NCBI GenBank assembly: GCA_964519305.1
Contig: CAZFHY010000006.1
Coordinates: 89,835 to 153,834 of the forward strand
Reading direction: 5' to 3'
Origin: Candidatus Undinarchaeota archaeon
Lineage (GTDB): Archaea; SpSt-1190; JASMDC01
DNA length: 64,000 nt
Numbering within the stretch: position 1 is the first letter of the stretch; each line of letters opens with the position of its first letter. Positions 19,162-28,822 of this stretch are shown here, piece after piece. The translations under genes and the position numbers were made by a program. Under the pieces are notes generated by a model that worked only from the letters and a program-made list of their open reading frames with translations, was not told the DNA's origin and made no database searches.

Positions 19162-19865
19162 GCGCGTCCGGTGAGCCGGAGCACGCCTTCCCGGAGCAGG
19201 GGGCGGAGGATTGAGTACCAGTCGAGGAAGGGCCGCATCTTGCTATACCCCTTCTTCTCATCGAAGCGCTTGGTCACGGGGACCTCGGTGTAACGGTAGC
19301 GCTTGACCGCCTGGATGAGCATATAGGGCTCGAACTCGTACCGGTCGAGCCACGGGGCCGAGAGGTCGAGCTCCTTTACCAGCTTGATCTTATAGGCGCG
19401 AAAGCCGTTCGAGGCGTCCGTTACCTTCTTCCCGGTCACCAGCCGGAACGTGATCGTGAACAGGTGGGTGGTCACACGTCTGAAGAGCGGGATGTCCGGG
19501 TGTCCCTCGAGGTACCGGGAACCTTGGACCAGATCGTTCCCTTCGAAGAGCGGGTCCAGTAGGTTTGGTATCTCGGCCGGCTCGTCCTGGTCGTCCCCTG
19601 CTATCGCCACGATGATGTCGTACCCCTTCTCCATGGCATAGGCCTGGACGCGCCGGGTGAGGAATCCCGGGCCACGGTTGACATCATTACGTAGTACGGT
19701 CGCACCGGCCTCTTTGGCCTCTTTCCCCGTGCGGTCGGTACTGCCGTCGTCAACGACCACGAACTCGTCAACGATATCCCAAGGGACCTTGCGCACTGTG
19801 CGGCCGATCTTGCCTTCCTCGTTGAAGGCGCCGGTCATGAGCAGAACGCGCTTGCCCCGGTACAC
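19158..19865 (-). CDS. Glycosyltransferase family 2 (DPM1-like)
   Basis: AFNEE, VVDDGSTD, AGDDQD, GSRY, TDASNGFRAY; GTG start downstream of TTTTAAAG. Confidence 0.92.
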   Translation of the reverse strand: MYRGKRVLLMTGAFNEEGKIGRTVRKVPWDIVDEFVVVDDGSTDRTGKEAKEAGATVLRNDVNRGPGFLTRRVQAYAMEKGYDIIVAIAGDDQDEPAEIPNLLDPLFEGNDLVQGSRYLEGHPDIPLFRRVTTHLFTITFRLVTGKKVTDASNGFRAYKIKLVKELDLSAPWLDRYEFEPYMLIQAVKRYRYTEVPVTKRFDEKKGYSKMRPFLDWYSILRPLLREGVLRLTGRA

Positions 19866-19896
19866 ATCAAGCGGACAGGCCACATGCTTTAAAAGT

Positions 19897-20913
19897 TCAG
19901 GGGAAGGGGACCGGTGCCCGGTCCTCGGCCGAGCGCAAGGCCGCTTCCGCCATGCGCACCGACTGGACGCCCACCTCACCCGAGGTCCGTGGCGTCTCAC
20001 CGGTCCTGACGCAGTCCAGGAAGTGCTCTATCTCCAAGCGAAGGGGTTCGTGCTGATCGATAAAGGGCTGTGAGACGTTCCCCATCCGGCGCATGGCCCT
20101 GAACGCTCCGTAGGAATCGTAGCGGTAACCGTTGGACTCCAGGAATGCCAGATAGTCGAAGTCGAACACGTTGAGCTGCGGTGTGATGCTGTCGAGCTGC
20201 GCCGAGCGCGCCTCTCCCACAAGCCACATCTCACGCACTTTTCGTGGGGTGAGCCAGCTGACTGTGATGTTGGCCAGGATGTTATCGGGGAATCGGAGTG
20301 TGATGAACGCCACATCCTCGAACGGCGTCTGGGGCAGAACTGAGCTGGACGTTGCGGAGATCTCTATGGGGGTCGCGCCCAGTAATAGGCAGACCGTGTC
20401 GAAGTCGTGGACGGCGAAATCGAAGATGACACCACAATCCAGGCGAGGTGTGCGGAATCCGATACGCGAGCAGTGGAGCATGTAGATCTTACCGAATGTA
20501 TCGGAATCGATCTCTCGCTTGAGCGCCATCACTGATGGATCGAACCTGAAGATATGGCCCACTTGGAGGGTGAGCCCATCCTTCCTGGCTATCTTCATAA
20601 GGTCCTCGCACGCAGGGGAGTTCAGTGCGAAGGGCTTTTCCACAAGGAGATGCTTTCCTGCTTCCAGAACGGCGCGGGCCACGTCCGCGTGAGTGGCCGC
20701 AGGTGTGCAGACGCACACGGCATCTATGTCGCTCCTGGAGAGCAAAGAGTCCATGTCCTCGGTGGTATCGACCCCGAAGGAGCGTTCGATCATCCGACAA
20801 CGGGACCCACTGATGTCACAGACCTGGACAAGGTCGGTATGGGGCAGCTCGGTGAGTACGCGAACGTGGTTCTTGCCCCACTCGCCGACCCCTATGACCC
20901 CGACACCGACCAT
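19897..20913 (-). CDS. Gfo/Idh/MocA oxidoreductase (nucleotide-sugar dehydrogenase-like)
   Basis: GVGEWGKNH, VEKP, VGHIFRF, DFAVHDFD. Confidence 0.92.
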   Translation of the reverse strand: MVGVGVIGVGEWGKNHVRVLTELPHTDLVQVCDISGSRCRMIERSFGVDTTEDMDSLLSRSDIDAVCVCTPAATHADVARAVLEAGKHLLVEKPFALNSPACEDLMKIARKDGLTLQVGHIFRFDPSVMALKREIDSDTFGKIYMLHCSRIGFRTPRLDCGVIFDFAVHDFDTVCLLLGATPIEISATSSSVLPQTPFEDVAFITLRFPDNILANITVSWLTPRKVREMWLVGEARSAQLDSITPQLNVFDFDYLAFLESNGYRYDSYGAFRAMRRMGNVSQPFIDQHEPLRLEIEHFLDCVRTGETPRTSGEVGVQSVRMAEAALRSAEDRAPVPFP

Positions 20914-21019
20914 GGGTGGGCGGAGATAAGTTAATTACATAAACCTTCCGCGGGGCCGCCGGGAATACCGGCACGCCACCCCGGTTCGGTTATAATACGA
21001 TGAACGCCTCCTCCTAGCC

Positions 21020-21313
21020 ATGCGATGGCAGCGGCAATCGGAGATGGTCCTGATCAGGGAGATCGGCAAGCGTGGGGGTCTTCTGCCCATGCAGGTGGCT
21101 TCCCCCCTACTCGCCGATAGCCTGGGCATCTCGCGGGAGTTCGCTTCGGACCTCGTGAGAAGCTTGGTCCGTTCCCAGAGGCTGGCCGCTCACCAAAGCT
21201 TTTTATCTATCAACAACCATATCAGGTGTCAGTGTGGGGCGCGGATGTTCCCCGCCGCCTTGGCCCGAACGGGAGGCGTGTGCCCGCACTGCAGAAGGAT
21301 GATGACCACCTGA
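21020..21313 (+). CDS. Small HTH-like protein with C-terminal zinc ribbon
   Basis: LADSLGISREFASDLVRSL; CQCG...CPHC; TATA-like TTATAAT about 30 nt upstream. Confidence 0.6.
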   Translation: MRWQRQSEMVLIREIGKRGGLLPMQVASPLLADSLGISREFASDLVRSLVRSQRLAAHQSFLSINNHIRCQCGARMFPAALARTGGVCPHCRRMMTT

Positions 21314-21321
21314 TCATTATC

Positions 21322-22320
21322 TCATGTTCCCAACCTCCCTTTTTCTTTTTTAGTTCCCCAGGGTGTGGATTCGGTCCACACCCTGCGGAACTCTTTTGTG
21401 AAGCTCGCACCCAACCGTCCGTTTCGGATAACGAGAATGTTCTCGTCGTTCCCCATTAGCCCGCTCTTGGTCGGATTCGCAGAGCCGGTCACTACAGTCT
21501 CACCATCGACGATGAAGGTCTTATGGTGCATCATACCCTTGTTCCCGTCCGCCCTGACATCAGCACCTGCAGCCAGGACAGCAGAGCACCGTTCCCAGCG
21601 TCTGGCCTGGACGCGTTCGCATACTCCTGATACCGAGACCCCCCGATGGACGGCTCGGGACAACGCCTCGGCCACAGCACCATCGGTGAAGGAGAATGCA
21701 AGGAACTGGACCTCCCGCTCCGCACCGTCTATCGCATCGACGATTACCTCACGGCAGCCATCGTCGGGGCAGAACGCGACCTGGAGGGAGGTCCCGCCCA
21801 GCTCCATAACAGGGGATGACGTGGACCCTCCGGTAGAGAACACACCCGCCCATAGCTCTTCGAACTCAGCTGTATAGGCGGCCGACAGAAGTCGGGAGCG
21901 TACTTGGAGGAGAACGTTATCGTTCCGCGCTGCGCCCCTTCCTGTCGGATTGAATGACCCGGTCACGACAAGCTGGTCATCGATGATGCAGAACTTGTTG
22001 TGCATCAGGGCACGCTCGGCATGTCCCCGTCGGACTGGGATCCCCGCCGGTACATCACCCCCGTGGACTACAACACGCGCGCGGGTCCGTCTTAGGGCGG
22101 CGATCACAGCCGGATGATCCACATCATAGAATGCACAGCTCACAGAGCTATGTGCTGAGAGGATCGCTGCGGCCAGTAACTCCCCGCAAGGTTCATGCGG
22201 ACAGAAGTGCACAAGGGGTATGGGGGCAGCCTCGTACGGGATGCTGTCGACCTGCCAGCGAGCGGCCACAGCAGCACATGTCACAAGGACGATAATCGAT
22301 AGAAGAGGCCTCAGTCGCAT
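21322..22320 (-). CDS. Phospholipase D-family protein (Nuc-like) with signal/anchor
   Basis: Two HKD motifs, MHNKFCIID and MHHKTFIVD, each followed by TGS.N; start at MRLRPLLS. Confidence 0.92.
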   Translation of the reverse strand: MRLRPLLSIIVLVTCAAVAARWQVDSIPYEAAPIPLVHFCPHEPCGELLAAAILSAHSSVSCAFYDVDHPAVIAALRRTRARVVVHGGDVPAGIPVRRGHAERALMHNKFCIIDDQLVVTGSFNPTGRGAARNDNVLLQVRSRLLSAAYTAEFEELWAGVFSTGGSTSSPVMELGGTSLQVAFCPDDGCREVIVDAIDGAEREVQFLAFSFTDGAVAEALSRAVHRGVSVSGVCERVQARRWERCSAVLAAGADVRADGNKGMMHHKTFIVDGETVVTGSANPTKSGLMGNDENILVIRNGRLGASFTKEFRRVWTESTPWGTKKEKGRLGT

Positions 22321-22375
22321 GAAAAGAAGAGCGGCCTGACAAACCTTTTTAAACCTGCGACGGGAACGTTCCACT

Positions 22376-23899
22376 ATGCCTGAGTCCCTGGCGCCATATG
22401 TAGCACAGCTGCTACGCCAGGGGTATACGAAAGACCAGGTGCATGACACCCTCAGGGAGCAGGGATGGGAGGATAAGGCCATCAGCGAGGCTCTAGAGCA
22501 GGCGACAGTGCTCGCTGAACAACCCGAACCGCGGCTCGCCCCCTTTCCCAAACCCATGGTCCCGCCGGCGGTAGTGGCCGGGGTCTTGGGAATAATCGTA
22601 GTGATCGTGTTCGCGTCCATGTTCATGGGCGGCTCGGAGCCAACGCCGGTGGAGCCCACGCCCACACCACGCGCTACACCTGAGCCCACCCCTGAGCCCA
22701 CGGTCGCACCTACAGCCACGCCGAAACCGGAACCGAAGGGATTGGGCGTCGACCTGGTCGGAGTGACGGTGCGTTCCAAGGACGAGACCCAGTTCCTCCA
22801 CCGCGACTTCACTGTTGACGCGATCAAGCTCGTGTACGATGTCCTATCTGCGCCGAGCGCGCAGGAGCGTTACGAGTCGATCCAGAAATTCGTGGGATAT
22901 TGTAAGAACAGGACCTTCCCTAATCCCGAGCTCGACCGTGAGCTCGAGGAAATGGACAAGGACATGGAGAACTACAAGTTCTACTTGGAGACCAACAACA
23001 TACCCAAGGCCACAGAGGTCCTGGAAAACGATATTTTCGGACGATTCAGCGCGAAGCGTGTCGAGGGACCATTACCCGTCACCGTCTCGCTGAGCTACGG
23101 GACCGGTCTTGTCCTCAACCTGACCTCCACGACCCAGCTCATTGGTTTGAACACGCTCTGGGAGACATCCCATCTCATCCAACCGAACATCCCTGATGAC
23201 GTGTGGACCGGGGTGTGGGACGAGGCGTGGACGAACACGTTCCCCGCGGGTGCTGAGCGCTCATCCTTCACCGTGGACATGCTCTATCTTGACCAGACCA
23301 CGCTCGAAGTGACCCCGCCGCGGTCGGCGGCGTTCAAGTATTACGGGAAGAGCGGCCTGCGATCGCTACAGGGGGATGGCTACACGATTCCGAGCTTCGA
23401 GGCCGTGCTGATCTACCAGATCGGAGGCGAGGTGTGCACCCAGACCGAGCGGACATGGTCCGGCGGGAATGTCGGACAGTGGGTTTGCCCCGAAAGGGTG
23501 AAGGAGGGTGAGTTCTTCGTCAAGAAGAACGTGACCTTTTCGTTCCTGGACCTCTCGCCAGTGCAGGGGAACCTTACGGCCGTCTATCGTACCGAGCTCA
23601 AGGCGAGCATCAGTGGCAATCCCATCGACCTCACTTTCCTGTTCCTTGAAGGGAAGGAGCCATTCTCCAAATCATCGGCCTCCGCCCTCCTCAAGGACCT
23701 GAAGCTCAATATCTATACTGCAGAGACCGAAGGGACGGCAAAATGTCCCGTCCACGTCGTCGACGCTTACACAAATGCACCGGTCAGCTATGTAGCGGCC
23801 GTTGCTGTGGGCGAGTACATGATGGTTATGTACGCCGACGACAAGCCCAATCCAGCCTACTTCCGCAGTCTGGCCGATGCACTGTGCACAAAGGTCTAG
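22376..23899 (+). CDS. Membrane-anchored protein with N-terminal helical module and PT linker
   Basis: YVAQLLRQGYTKDQVHDTLREQGW, TM helix, PTP repeats. Confidence 0.75.
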   Translation: MPESLAPYVAQLLRQGYTKDQVHDTLREQGWEDKAISEALEQATVLAEQPEPRLAPFPKPMVPPAVVAGVLGIIVVIVFASMFMGGSEPTPVEPTPTPRATPEPTPEPTVAPTATPKPEPKGLGVDLVGVTVRSKDETQFLHRDFTVDAIKLVYDVLSAPSAQERYESIQKFVGYCKNRTFPNPELDRELEEMDKDMENYKFYLETNNIPKATEVLENDIFGRFSAKRVEGPLPVTVSLSYGTGLVLNLTSTTQLIGLNTLWETSHLIQPNIPDDVWTGVWDEAWTNTFPAGAERSSFTVDMLYLDQTTLEVTPPRSAAFKYYGKSGLRSLQGDGYTIPSFEAVLIYQIGGEVCTQTERTWSGGNVGQWVCPERVKEGEFFVKKNVTFSFLDLSPVQGNLTAVYRTELKASISGNPIDLTFLFLEGKEPFSKSSASALLKDLKLNIYTAETEGTAKCPVHVVDAYTNAPVSYVAAVAVGEYMMVMYADDKPNPAYFRSLADALCTKV

Positions 23900-24696
23900 A
23901 CCGGTATCTGAGGGGACTCGACCAGTCGGTCGATGCCCATGCGCACCAGTTCATCATCACTGGGGAGAGCATCGTTCTTTGCGAACACGGCACATCCCTT
24001 GAGATAGAGGGGGACGCCCATGGTCGGATGGTCGAGGCGGAAGAGCGAGCCCTTACAGGATTGTGTGCAGGGGAACACTCCCCACTCCGGCCGTCCAGGG
24101 CGGGTGGAAGCGAGCCCAATCAAGCAGTACCTGCTGATGGTGACGAACACGTACGGGTGATGGAACGAGCCGTGGAGAGGATTATCCCCCTCTCCCAGGC
24201 GAAGGGATACGCCTTGGAAGGGATTCTCCACTTCCACCCGGCGGACGCCACGTGAGGCCAGCAGGCTGCGGACCGCGGGTACGTCCATGTTGGTCGTGCG
24301 GAACCGTTCCCAGGCCTCGGGTGTGAGGGCTTCCTTTGCTTGCATGAGCCGCGGACCACGCTTCTGCTTGTGGATGATGCCGCCCACTACGGGTTCGAGC
24401 CGGCCTTCCTCAGCGATAATGTCGATAACGCCCCAATCGTTGGCGACGACCTCGGTGCCGTCAGGAAGTTCGGCAAGGAGGGATTTCAGCCGGTTAATGC
24501 CCTCCTGTGTGACGGGCGGTGTGACGAAGGTTACGGCCACATCGGCGTCATCTGCCCTCTTAAGAGCATCCGTGAGCTCAGTTCGTGTGGGCATGAGGCG
24601 CTGACAATACCCGTTCCCCAGGTAGAGCCGGTCATGCCCGGTCCAGTCGATCGTGTCCAACAACTCAACCCTGGAGACGATGATCGCACGCTCCAT
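23896..24696 (-). CDS. U32 peptidase-like partner protein (UbiV-like)
   Basis: RLYLGNGYC, VVANDWG, SRYC...C...C; start overlaps the upstream stop. Confidence 0.7.
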   Translation of the reverse strand: MERAIIVSRVELLDTIDWTGHDRLYLGNGYCQRLMPTRTELTDALKRADDADVAVTFVTPPVTQEGINRLKSLLAELPDGTEVVANDWGVIDIIAEEGRLEPVVGGIIHKQKRGPRLMQAKEALTPEAWERFRTTNMDVPAVRSLLASRGVRRVEVENPFQGVSLRLGEGDNPLHGSFHHPYVFVTISRYCLIGLASTRPGRPEWGVFPCTQSCKGSLFRLDHPTMGVPLYLKGCAVFAKNDALPSDDELVRMGIDRLVESPQIPV

Positions 24697-25793
24697 CACC
24701 TCACCACCTCGGGCCAGTAGCATTCAGCGGCCGAGCAGTTCCAGCCATAAAGATCCCTGTACAGGGTCCGGCATCTTTCCATGTATGCAGTATTATCCTC
24801 CGAACCCTCGAGCTCCTCCAGTGCACGGCGCACGAGGATGATGTCGTCCACCTTCTTGCTCGTGGGATGGATCCGACCCTGTATCTTTACGACGGTGACA
24901 CCCGCGTCGCGCATCAAGCCCAGTCCGCAGATGCCGCATCCGCTACCGCCCCAGTTGGGTGCCCATTGCAGGCCGAACCGTTCCTGAACGGCCACGGCCA
25001 GCTCATCGCTACCCTCCAGGGCTTCGACCTGGACCGCCGAGGAATTTAGACAGAGATGGCTGGAGGCGACCCGCGCGATCGGTCCAGCGTACTGGACGGT
25101 CTTCGGGATATGTCGCATGGCTCGTACCAGATGCGCCCGCATGCTTCCCAGACGAGGACTGAGGAGGGCGAACATCCCCCTGGTAGTGCTCTTGTGCCGG
25201 GCCTCAGTGAGACCGTGGAAGTACGTGCACAGCCCCTCCACATGGGGGCAACGGGCGTTGAGCACGAATCCCTCGAGGGTGATGTCGGGAGCCGCTTGGG
25301 CTATGTCGGCGATCTCCTTGATAGAGAGGTGATGGGGGAGGATCACACGTGAGGCGCCGAGACGTTGGTAGAACCGGGCGGCTTGGGCATTGAACACCGC
25401 GTTGATGGTGCTGACGTGGATGTCGATACCCACATCGTTGTCATGGAGGTGGGACATTAGGCCAAGATCGGCAACAATGAGGGCGTCAGCCTCAGCAGCG
25501 ATGGCCTCATCGACCTCCTCGATTAGATAGGTGAACTGGGCTGCGGAGTAGAAGTCCTGGTTATAGGCGACGTTCACGCGTACGCCGAGGTCATGGGCGA
25601 TCGTCAGGGCCTTACGCAGTTCGTCATAGGATGGCATGGAAGAGCGAGTGTACATCTCGCGGCTGACACCCCCCATGTGGGTGTAGCGCTTGCGCCACCG
25701 GTCGGAGAGAACTGCACAGTACAGTTCAGTAGCTCCCGCACGGACGATGGGTTCCACCTCATCGGCCCGGTTGATGGGAGCGAGAATATCCAT
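24696..25793 (-). CDS. U32 peptidase family Fe-S protein (UbiU/TrhP-like)
   Basis: ILAP, GATELY, LIVADLG, IHVST, CPHVEGLC, CGIC, KIQGR. Confidence 0.9.
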   Translation of the reverse strand: MDILAPINRADEVEPIVRAGATELYCAVLSDRWRKRYTHMGGVSREMYTRSSMPSYDELRKALTIAHDLGVRVNVAYNQDFYSAAQFTYLIEEVDEAIAAEADALIVADLGLMSHLHDNDVGIDIHVSTINAVFNAQAARFYQRLGASRVILPHHLSIKEIADIAQAAPDITLEGFVLNARCPHVEGLCTYFHGLTEARHKSTTRGMFALLSPRLGSMRAHLVRAMRHIPKTVQYAGPIARVASSHLCLNSSAVQVEALEGSDELAVAVQERFGLQWAPNWGGSGCGICGLGLMRDAGVTVVKIQGRIHPTSKKVDDIILVRRALEELEGSEDNTAYMERCRTLYRDLYGWNCSAAECYWPEVVR

Positions 25794-25864
25794 CGCCAGC
25801 TACCCCAACGGACAGGTTTTTATGTGCTTCGACAGCGCCCCGCTGTGCACATCCAATAAAAACG

Positions 25865-27679
25865 ATGAACGTGCACCCCTTGATTGGAATGGAGCCCGTG
25901 CTCTCGGTAGATGATCACTTCGGTGTGCTGGAACGACTGGAGGCCATGGCCTTCGAGCCATCCGAGTGGCATGACCTCAACCTCGCTGCTCACGGGCTCT
26001 CGCTGACGGGTCAGTTCGAGCGTGCTGCCATCGTAGAGCGTGTCAAGCAGAAGATACGCATCCTCCCGCACCAGATCGAGACTGCGCTGCGTGTGCTCAA
26101 CGACCTTGGCCATCGCGCGTTATTGGCCGATGAGGTAGGGCTGGGCAAGACCGTGGAAGCGGGTATCGTGCTCAAGGAGTACCTGGTCCGTGGCCTTGTG
26201 GACCGCGTGCTCATCCTCACACCTGCTCCCTTGGTCCGTCAGTGGCAGGGAGAGCTTGAAGAGAAGTTCGGTGAAGGGTTCATCACCCCTCTTGACGATG
26301 GGTTCCGTGGGTTCGAGAAGGAGGACCGTCTCATCTGCTCCATGGACAGGGCCCGCCAGCCCAAGAACGCACCCTTTGTCCAAGCCCGTCCATGGGACCT
26401 CCTTATTGTGGACGAGGCCCACCGGCTGCGCAACGTTGAGACGAAGCTCCACCAGTTCGTGGCCGGGATCGACGCTCGTTACCTGCTCATGCTAACCGCG
26501 ACCCCCATCCAGAACAACCTCTTCGAGCTGTTCAACCTCATAGACCTCCTCAAACCGGGTCATCTGGGTACGCGGAACCAGTTCGGTGTCTATTTCGTAG
26601 GGGACCGTAAGGCTCAGACGCTCGAGAACGAGGGGGAGCTGCGCGAGCTTCTGGGCCAGGTCATGGTGCGCAACCGTCGCGCCGATGTAGGGCTCCAGCT
26701 CCCAGACCGCCATGTCCACGACATCATGCTTGATCCTTCTCCCCAGGAGGCCGAACTGTACCGTCGGGTCATCGGCTATATCGCTGACCAGTACGACGAG
26801 GCCGACGACGGTGGGGAGTTCGACGCCGCTGAGGCCCGTGGGACGACACGTGGTATCGACCTTCTGAGGCTCATGACGCTCGAGCGTGAGCTCGTGTCAT
26901 CCAGTCAAGCTCTGGCCGCTACCCTGCGCAAGATAATCCCACGAGAGCCCGATCCCGAGAAGCGCGTGCTTCTGGACGAGCTGTACGAGCTTTGCCTGTC
27001 GGCCCGGGACAGCACCAAGGCCCGCAATCTCCTGGAGCTCGCTCAGCGCTTGGACACTTCCCTCATCGTGTTCACGCAGTTCATCTCCACCCAGGAGCAT
27101 CTGCGGGAACGTCTGGATGCCGCAGGCCTGTCGCCCGTGGTGTTCAACGGCAGCATGTCACCCTCCGAAAAGGAGTTCGCTATCCAGGGTTTCAAGGAGC
27201 GGGGCGGTGTGCTCCTGTGCACTGACTCGGGGAGCGAGGGCCGGAACCTCCAGTTCGCCAACGTGCTGGTGAACTACGACCTTCCCTGGAATCCCATGCG
27301 CCTGGAGCAGCGTATCGGCCGGATCCACCGCATCGGCCAAGAGCGGGACGTCCACGTGTTCAACCTAACGCTCGCGGGCACGATCGAGGACCACATACTC
27401 ACGACGCTCTATCGCAAGATCGACCTCGTCACCGCGGCTGTGGGCGATATGGACCTGATCCTTTCCAAGCTGCCCGATGGCGTATCCTTCGAGCGCCGAC
27501 TGTTCGAGCTGTCGTTGCGCATCAAGGACAAGCGTTCCTTCGACGATGGGATGAAAGAGTTCGCCGATGAGATGGCGGAGGCCAAGGAGCTGGCAGCCAA
27601 GGTGCATCAGCTGGATGCCCGTGTGCTCGAGCGCTTCGACCTATCGTCACTGGAGAATGCGGGGGTGCGAATCGAGTGA
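25865..27679 (+). CDS. SNF2-family helicase/ATPase (YqhH-like)
   Basis: LADEVGLGKT, DEAH, TATP, SEGRNLQ, PWNP..LEQRIGRIHRIGQ. Confidence 0.95.
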   Translation: MNVHPLIGMEPVLSVDDHFGVLERLEAMAFEPSEWHDLNLAAHGLSLTGQFERAAIVERVKQKIRILPHQIETALRVLNDLGHRALLADEVGLGKTVEAGIVLKEYLVRGLVDRVLILTPAPLVRQWQGELEEKFGEGFITPLDDGFRGFEKEDRLICSMDRARQPKNAPFVQARPWDLLIVDEAHRLRNVETKLHQFVAGIDARYLLMLTATPIQNNLFELFNLIDLLKPGHLGTRNQFGVYFVGDRKAQTLENEGELRELLGQVMVRNRRADVGLQLPDRHVHDIMLDPSPQEAELYRRVIGYIADQYDEADDGGEFDAAEARGTTRGIDLLRLMTLERELVSSSQALAATLRKIIPREPDPEKRVLLDELYELCLSARDSTKARNLLELAQRLDTSLIVFTQFISTQEHLRERLDAAGLSPVVFNGSMSPSEKEFAIQGFKERGGVLLCTDSGSEGRNLQFANVLVNYDLPWNPMRLEQRIGRIHRIGQERDVHVFNLTLAGTIEDHILTTLYRKIDLVTAAVGDMDLILSKLPDGVSFERRLFELSLRIKDKRSFDDGMKEFADEMAEAKELAAKVHQLDARVLERFDLSSLENAGVRIE

Positions 27680-28758
27680 GCAACGATCTCGATAGCTTCC
27701 TTACTGCCTACAGGCGAGTGGCCGGACTCTCTCCCGGGGAGGCTGACAAGGATGTGGGAGTGGCCGATGCCATCTCTGCTGCTAAGGGTAGAGGATTGGT
27801 GGCCGTTAAGAGGCTGGTCGAGCCTCCTGGCATGAGCAAAGATCCTTTCGGAGATGTGAAGCTAACTCACTGTCGCACGGTCCATCGCTCGACCCGCCGG
27901 AGCAGCCGGAACTTCGCACTCTGCTTCTCTTTCCGGGTAGGGATCCGCACGGCCAGTCTTCGGGAAGCGGTGTACCATGTAGCAGTGGACATGGCCACGA
28001 TGGAACCGCTGGCCGGGTTCACAGGCTTTGCCGGACTGCACTACGAGAACGTCGACTACCGTCCCCGTCTTTCACATGAGCTGATCCAGCGTGCTTTCGC
28101 AAGGGCGCAGGCGGAGCTCGGTCGTCGGATGCGTCCTATGCAGGAAGAAGAACTGGCGCGCTTGACCGTCCAGCACCGGACCGCGGCTACCAGGGTGAAG
28201 GCCTACTTCCATCAGCTCCAGAAGGAGGTGCTCGAGGCAGAGCGCCGTGTCCAGCAGCGCATCGATTCCACTAGTGCAATGATGGCCTCTGCCACCACGC
28301 GAGAACTGAAGGAGAAGCGTCAGAAACGGCTGGTCCAGCTCGAGGCCGAACTGGAGAAGGTGCGGGACCGGAACGACTTCACACTCCTTGACTACCGGAA
28401 GCGCATGGAGGGCGAGCTCACGAAGGAGGAGGGCCGGTGCGGTCTGGACACCGACGTGACCATCACCTCCGCCGTGGTCCTGGAGTACGACACATCGGTG
28501 GAAACCTACCTTCTCGTTGGCCGGCATGCACACGCAGAGCTGGAGCGTGCACGTTCGCCCTTCGCAAAGCCAGATACGCTACAGTGTGCCTGCTGTGGCC
28601 AAGAGGCGGTAACACTGGCACTCGATGCAGCAGGACATCTGGTATGCCCCTCCTGTGCCCGGGTCTGTACGTTGTGCGGTTCCGTGCGCAGTGAACTGTG
28701 CTCACAGGGCCGTCCCTCGAAGCTCCTTACCCAGCCCTGTACGCGATGCGGGCTGTGA
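27676..28758 (+). CDS. YqhG-like helicase partner with coiled coil and Cys-rich C-terminus
   Basis: GTGA overlap with the helicase; RVKAYF, long coiled coil, CACC..GHLVCPSC..CTLC. Confidence 0.65.
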   Translation: MSNDLDSFLTAYRRVAGLSPGEADKDVGVADAISAAKGRGLVAVKRLVEPPGMSKDPFGDVKLTHCRTVHRSTRRSSRNFALCFSFRVGIRTASLREAVYHVAVDMATMEPLAGFTGFAGLHYENVDYRPRLSHELIQRAFARAQAELGRRMRPMQEEELARLTVQHRTAATRVKAYFHQLQKEVLEAERRVQQRIDSTSAMMASATTRELKEKRQKRLVQLEAELEKVRDRNDFTLLDYRKRMEGELTKEEGRCGLDTDVTITSAVVLEYDTSVETYLLVGRHAHAELERARSPFAKPDTLQCACCGQEAVTLALDAAGHLVCPSCARVCTLCGSVRSELCSQGRPSKLLTQPCTRCGL

Positions 28759-28822
28759 GTGGGACCCGGTCAATCCCGCGGGTGGCGGTTTTAAATAACA
28801 ACGGCCGTAACTCTGACCGTCC

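Noticed and set aside
22321-22827. N-terminal 169 aa of ORF 21322..22827, and similar extensions at 33571-33963, 29487-29654, 5317-5442 and 59994-60101
   Set aside because: They overlap real genes or promoters; downstream starts follow TATA boxes or stop-start overlaps.
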